A stretch of DNA of 64,000 nucleotides from Podarcis vaucheri (Eukaryota): NCBI GenBank assembly GCA_965113315.1, contig OZ220365.1. One strand, written 5' to 3'. Below, one piece after another: positions 47,542 to 64,000 of this stretch. The translations under genes and the position numbers were made by a program. The notes beneath the pieces were generated by a model, which saw only the letters and a list, made by a program, of their open reading frames with translations, was not told where the DNA came from and searched no databases. How positions within the stretch are numbered: the stretch's first letter is position 1; each line of letters starts with the position of its first letter.

Positions 47542-48418
47542 GACCACCTCCATCTACCTTCTCATACACCAGACTTCTTCTGCTCTATTTCTTTATTCAA
47601 ACTCAGCCACCTTAAAAAATGTGTTGGTGATACCACTTGTACTGTTCCAGAAAGAACTGATAAATGAAAATAAATGACTTCGACATAAATGTGTTGGTTA
47701 GTTTTATAATGTGGCAGGAGATGGAAAGTTTGTAGTGTATTAGATATATTTATATCAAAACTTGGAAGATTAGTGTAAAAGTAACAAAAGCATCTGCATC
47801 ATCCTACATATTGGTGAAAATCCCAAGTAGTCAGGCACACGCAGCACTAGTTCAGAAATGGCAAGAAGAATGAGCTATGGCACAGAATTTGAGCGTTGGG
47901 GAAAACCAAAGAGCAAATGCAGTGAGCAGCAAGGCCTGGAATAGCATTCTTTAGTTTCTGTTTTGGCTTAAATTTAAGAACCAAATACATTACGATGAAC
48001 AAGGGTAAAAAGCATGGATGTGGTGATACAGACTTCCAAACCACTTTGACTGAGCAAAGTAGCAAACAAGGAAGGCCCTGTCAGACTTGAGATCACTACA
48101 AGTGAAATAAGGTATGTGTTTTGACATGCAGGACTAATTCAGTGTTTACATGACTGAAACTGCTTCAGTGTTTACTGATGAACATAATGTTTAAAGGAGA
48201 GCTACATAGAGACATGTTCCAGGAAGCTGCAATTGGCCATGGATTCAAGATGTGACAGATCGGAGTGACCACAGACACAATCTCAATTTGGAAACAAGTA
48301 AGATTTTTCTGAACCAGATGAGAAGCTTGTTTTTTGGACTATGGAACAATCACAGTGCCAGTAGTGGTTAAGCACTAAGGTAAACCTGAAGGCATTGCTT
48401 TCTTGAGACAATATCGTA

Positions 48419-48660
48419 CAGTGGTACCTTGGGTTACATACACTTCAGGTTACATACGCTTCAGGTTACAGACTCCACTAACCCAGAAATAGTACCTCGG
48501 GTTAAGAACTGTGCTTCAGGATGAGAACAGAAATCGCGTGGCGGCGGCGCAGCAGCAGCGGGAGGCCCCATTAGCTAAAGTGGTGCTTCAGGTTAAGAAC
48601 AGTTTCAGGTTAAGAACGGACCTCCGGAACAAATTAAGTACGTAACCAGAGGTACCACTG
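48419..48660. mobile_element. Tc1/mariner (Tigger-like) MITE
   Basis: TA-CAGTGGTACCT...AGGTACCACTG-TA; internal CTTCAGGTTA repeats. Confidence 0.85.
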
Positions 48661-49479
48661 TATCTATTTGTTAACAGTGAATGTTGCAAGCAGAGAAAAA
48701 GCGTGCAACTTGGGAGTGAAAGCACACCTGGCATCTTTACAACAGGCAACAGAGTGTTTAGTGGTGGGAGCTCATACACTTTAAGCAGGCTCATACTGTG
48801 GGAAGGGGATTTATAGCAATAATCAAGACTAAATTTGAAAATAAAACAAGTTGAAACCTGGAATTTTCCTTTGCACAAAAATTAAATTTAGGAAGGTGAA
48901 ATCTAGTAATACTGTTCATTAGCATGTGCATAATTGCACTCCGGTTTTATATATTTGCATAGCCACCAGGAAACAATTGATTTGTAGTATACACTATTCC
49001 CTAGGGTTTAGCTTCCTGAGCAAAATACGGCTTCCCCCATTCCATGTAGAGAAGCGGAATTTGAATCTTCAGCTCTGGTGATGGGATAGCATCCTCCAAT
49101 GCACCTGAGTGGAGCTTTGAGAGTCCTGTTAGCTTAGGGTGGTGCACAAAAGATTTGTGGCACACAACTTCGTTCTCCAATAGGCTAGTGGACCTCTAGA
49201 GGAATGGCTGAGGGGCTGCCATGGCAGCTTTGTGTGGCAATTGGCTCACCTAAGCCGCCTTGATTCGCTGTCAAAGGGAAAGGCGGGATGCAAATAAATA
49301 AATAAATAAATATAATAATGGTAGGGATGGCAACGGTTGTTAAGTTTTCATTGGCTTCAATAGGTACTTGATGAAATATTAGGCGATTATAGCTTTTGTC
49401 TTGTGTGCTATCTCCCATAAAAGCAGCTAGAAGTGCAACTAAAACCACAACCCCTCGCTGACGTATGTTTAACATATAT

Positions 49480-50100
49480 AAGACACTGCCTCTGTGCACA
49501 CAGCGGACGCAACAGCACCCCGGGGATTCTGCCGCCGATCGATTAGAGCGCGCTGCCGCTTCCCATCATCCCCCGCGGTCAGAAAGCGTCTCTCCTACGG
49601 TTGGGCTCGCGCCGCGGCAAACCAGAAACGGCGCCTTATCGCTGCGGGATTGGCTGCAGAGCGAAGCCACGCCTCTTCCCGCTCACCCAATCGAGAGAGG
49701 GAGTGCCAAGGTTTGATTGCGCTGAGTCCTTGTCTCGCGCTCGGCGTCTTTCCGCTCATCTCTCGCTTCGGCGTCCGCGCGCGGGTGTCTGTGAGAGAGA
49801 AGTCTCGCGGTGGCGGGTGAGTTTCCCCTCCGGCAGCTGCTTCGGTCTCCGCGCGGCGCGCTCGTGCTGCGGGGCGGGCTTCGTTCAGCGTCCTGCTTTA
49901 GCCGACGGTTTGGGAAAGCAGCCCCTCAACGGCTGAAGAGGACCGTTGGGGCGGGGTTGGCTCTCCACGCGTGTTGTGGGCTAGCTCCCTCCCCGGCCGA
50001 TAGGAAGCGGGCCTGCCGAGAGAGAAACGAGGGGATGCAATAAAATAAAATAAAAAAGCAACCCGCCACCAACAGCCCCCTCACCGAATGGTAAAACTCC
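49480..50100. promoter_or_regulatory. MTFR2: CpG island / MTFR2 promoter and non-coding exon 1 (donor at 49816/49817)
   Basis: CpG-rich; ATTGG 49649-49653, TTCCCGC 49676-49682, CCAAT 49687-49691; donor CGG|GTGAGT. Confidence 0.8.
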
Positions 50101-50409
50101 CCTTCCTGACCCCTCAGCTGCTGCAATTAACGAGCGAGGGAAAGGGGCTCCTCTGCTTGAGACCTCTCGCCCCTTCTTCCTGTCACATTGGTGAGGTCTC
50201 TGCAAAAGCTGCAGAGTTTGTCCTGGTAACAGTTTCTCATTCAGCTAATACTTTTTTTGTTTTCAATATTTTTATATCACGGTTTAATCATATTTCCAGG
50301 TCTTTGGTTACAAAAAGTCGTTTAATTCAGTCTCTAAACGCACGGCCGTCCCTTTCTTTCGTAGAAACGTGACCCTCCGAATGTTGCAGCAATAAAACTC
50401 GCACATTTG

Positions 50410-50530
50410 CAAAGCTGAACCGGGTCCAGGTTGGTTTCGAATTGGATCGGGGAGCGCGGGTTGAGGTTGCTGCGTTGCAGAGGGTTGGACTAGACGACCC
50501 TGGGAGTCCCTTCCAACTCTACAATTCTCA
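50410..50530 (+). mobile_element. SINE/CR1 tail fragment
   Basis: GGGTTGGACTAGACGACCCTGGGAGTCCCTTCCAACTCTACAATTCT. Confidence 0.5.
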
Positions 50531-50958
50531 GTTTGAGGTGTTCGTGAAATGGTGGTTGTGCTGCCTCTTGAGTTAAGGGGCGGGGGGGGGGGGAGTTTGG
50601 CAATGTTTTTTAGTTGTGTGTGAGAGGTGTGTCCCTTTTGAATATTAATACTGCTTCTGGAAACGCATACTGCAGATCGAGCTCAAGTCTGGGGAAAGTA
50701 CTCTACAATTCAATGATTCAGTTATTATTTATAATCATTATTTATAATCTTCCTCATTACTCTTTTAACTAATTGTGCTTTTACAGTGCATTTATAAATA
50801 TTTCATGTGGATGTATAAGTAAACTGAGTTTGTAGTTTTAGCCTAATTATGAAATAAACTCTTCTCTTTGCAGCTGTAGCAAATATTTGCTGAGCCCCTC
50901 TGGCATGTGCAACAGTAATTTTTAACTGGCACTTGAGTTAATTCAAGTGCTTTGTACT

Positions 50959-61684
<10,726 letters not shown>

Positions 61685-64000
61685 GTATCACCTGCAAAAC
61701 CAGCAATTCATATTTAGCCATGGTGTAGAGCTTCTTGAAAAAAGCTCTGCCACTGGTTTTGTAGACCTCAATACTGTGCTATAAAGCAACGGCTTTTAGA
61801 GCTAACTGTTTTTCATTAATCTACTTCAGTAGCCAAGCATCTGGAATTTGTTTGTGTAAAATATTTTATCAGCAGGAGTATGTTTTACTGGTTTTTATAA
61901 CAACTTTCTAGTCTGGGCTGCAGAATTTAAAGCAGACACATAAACATGTCCAAAAAGGAAGAGAATAGTACCATAGAAACAAAATGTAAATTAATTTGGT
62001 TATATGTAGATGATAATATATTTACGAAACAGTATCCTGTTCATTTGTTTTCCTGTAACGGGATTAGCTGTTGTGTGAAGAGTTGATGCATGATGTGGCT
62101 TTTGGCCTCTCCCCTGCACATTCACATTCTCGGCAGCCTTATGTCAACACATTGAGGATATCTGCAGAGGGAGCATCTGTCGCACCTAACACATGTAACT
62201 TTTCCCCATCAACTGCAACCCTTATGTACAGAGCTTACATGTGTTTGATGGGCTTTCCCTTTGCAATCTTGCCCCCAATGTGTTTACAATGAGGGAGAGG
62301 TTGGAGGTGAAGACACAAAGACAGGACCAGTGGACAGAGTCCCACTTCCTCTTACATGATTGCTAATTTCATGATGGGAACATCACTGAATAGGGCTAAT
62401 GTGTTGATAATAAGGAATAGCTTCCTCAAAATTATCCCTTTCTCAATTTGATTCAGTGGTGCAGCCTTATAAGATCTCAATAATTGGCACCAGTGGTGTT
62501 TGCTTGGTTTTGAGTAAGAGACCATTAATTTCCTTGAATACTGTAAAAGTTTGTAAAGAAAACACAGGAACTGTGTGCATATTTGAAATGCATGATTCAA
62601 ATAAATATTGTTGTTGACTATTTGCACTCCAGTAAATTTTGCTTACAAAAGAAATCTTTTATGTCTAAACTGTATGATCATTCTCCATGACTGAAATATT
62701 TCAGATTTCGTAGTCTTGTGTATGAAGATTTGTGGAGAAATATAAGCTATATGCTATGTCATTCCCCTTGTAACTTACAGTACACTATACAGGGTGGAAG
62801 TGTTATCTAAAAAAAGTTTGCATCTTTTCTACCACAACCATTTAAACTCTGGATGCCCCGTCATACATGCAACCTAGATATTGCACAGCCCAGAGAGTTT
62901 CTGGATTTTACCCATAATGTGTGTTTATCAGGTTCTCCTCATGTATTCAAACCTTCTGGTGGACTCTTGCGGACTTTTGAGTGTTGCTTTTTATTTATTG
63001 TATTTTTATTTACTTACCGTATTTATATTTTTATTTATTTTCCCAGTTTTAGTGCATTGTTCCTTATAATTCTTGCAAATGGTTTTTTTTTGTGTGGGTG
63101 GCAAGCAGAGGAAATTTGGCTCAATATATTGGTTTCCTTCCCTGCGATTAAATTGCTTCCTTCTGATAATTTGTTGCTTGATATTTTGTATTCTGTTCCA
63201 TCATTGCATGGTTCTTACTCAAGGGAGAGATAACTTTTAGTTCTGTATTGATATTTGCATAGACAAAGACATTACTTGGCCTGTATCATAAATGATGTGG
63301 CCTGTATCATAAATAATGTGATAGCAGTAAATGCATGTAATTTGAATGTTGGCTATGTGTGCCTGTTTAGTTATTGAGTGATGTACCACTCTAGAGCTAA
63401 CAGTACATTGCTGTATGTCTTAGTATGTCACCTCTTAATTATAAACAATTAGCAGTGTGTGATATTTAGCCTTTTAATATTTAAACAGTGGGTTAGAGAT
63501 AACTTGGAAGCCATGTATGATTGGGTGTTTTTTGTGGCACTAATGGAAATTCTAGGACAAATTAAAAGATAGGCATTTTACATGCACTTCCCCACAAAAC
63601 ACACAGATTTCAATGCTTTTGAATGCATTTCCTCTTTTAATATGACTTTATTTACATAAAATACATATTTTTGTGCACAAGTTTTTTGGACCAAAACTAT
63701 TGCAAAATCCAGAGGAATGTATGATTGCATTTTGAGCTGAAAGGACGATCGGAAAAATACGGAACAAATTCCTCCGTCATCCTGGTTGTGAAAATTTTAT
63801 CTCAGTCATATCCTTTACCGTAGATGTTAATGACCAACCCATGTATTTTAAATGTGATTAACACATGCTTCTAACCACCAGAGGGCAATCTGATACTATA
63901 GCTTTGCAAAAAAAAAATAGTTTTGCCTGTCTTCCATAGACAGCACCTTTTCTTCCCAGAAGCAGAGTTTAACAACCAAATACCTTGGTGTTTTTTTTTA

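Noticed and set aside
49465-50372. Overlapping ORFs in the MTFR2 CpG island
   Set aside because: Same GC artefact; the family-matching MTFR2 start is at 50959.

Overview
Vertebrate genomic DNA, most likely a squamate (lacertid-type lizard, judged from a full-length Sauria SINE plus CR1/L2/BovB fragments and TA-flanked and hAT MITEs). I built three multi-exon genes by hand from GT-AG sites and codon phase. (1) Minus strand, CDS 16639->3530: an intact 14-exon, 576-aa armadillo-repeat gene colinear end to end with fungal Vac8, with an N-terminal MGQLCTKC acylation motif and the Vac8 cationic triad kept as R/R/K. It lies head-to-head with BCLAF1 and is the most unusual thing in the window. (2) BCLAF1 on +: CpG-island promoter ~19500-20900, 2 non-coding and 11 coding exons, 918 aa, with alternative splice sites and two candidate poison exons. 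(3) MTFR2 on +: CpG-island promoter ~49500-50100, CDS 50959-61684, with an apparent extra diverged copy of the second coding exon and a likely early stop before a vestigial C-terminus. There is one 274-nt assembly gap. All homology statements come from my recall of the human and yeast proteins, not from database searches.
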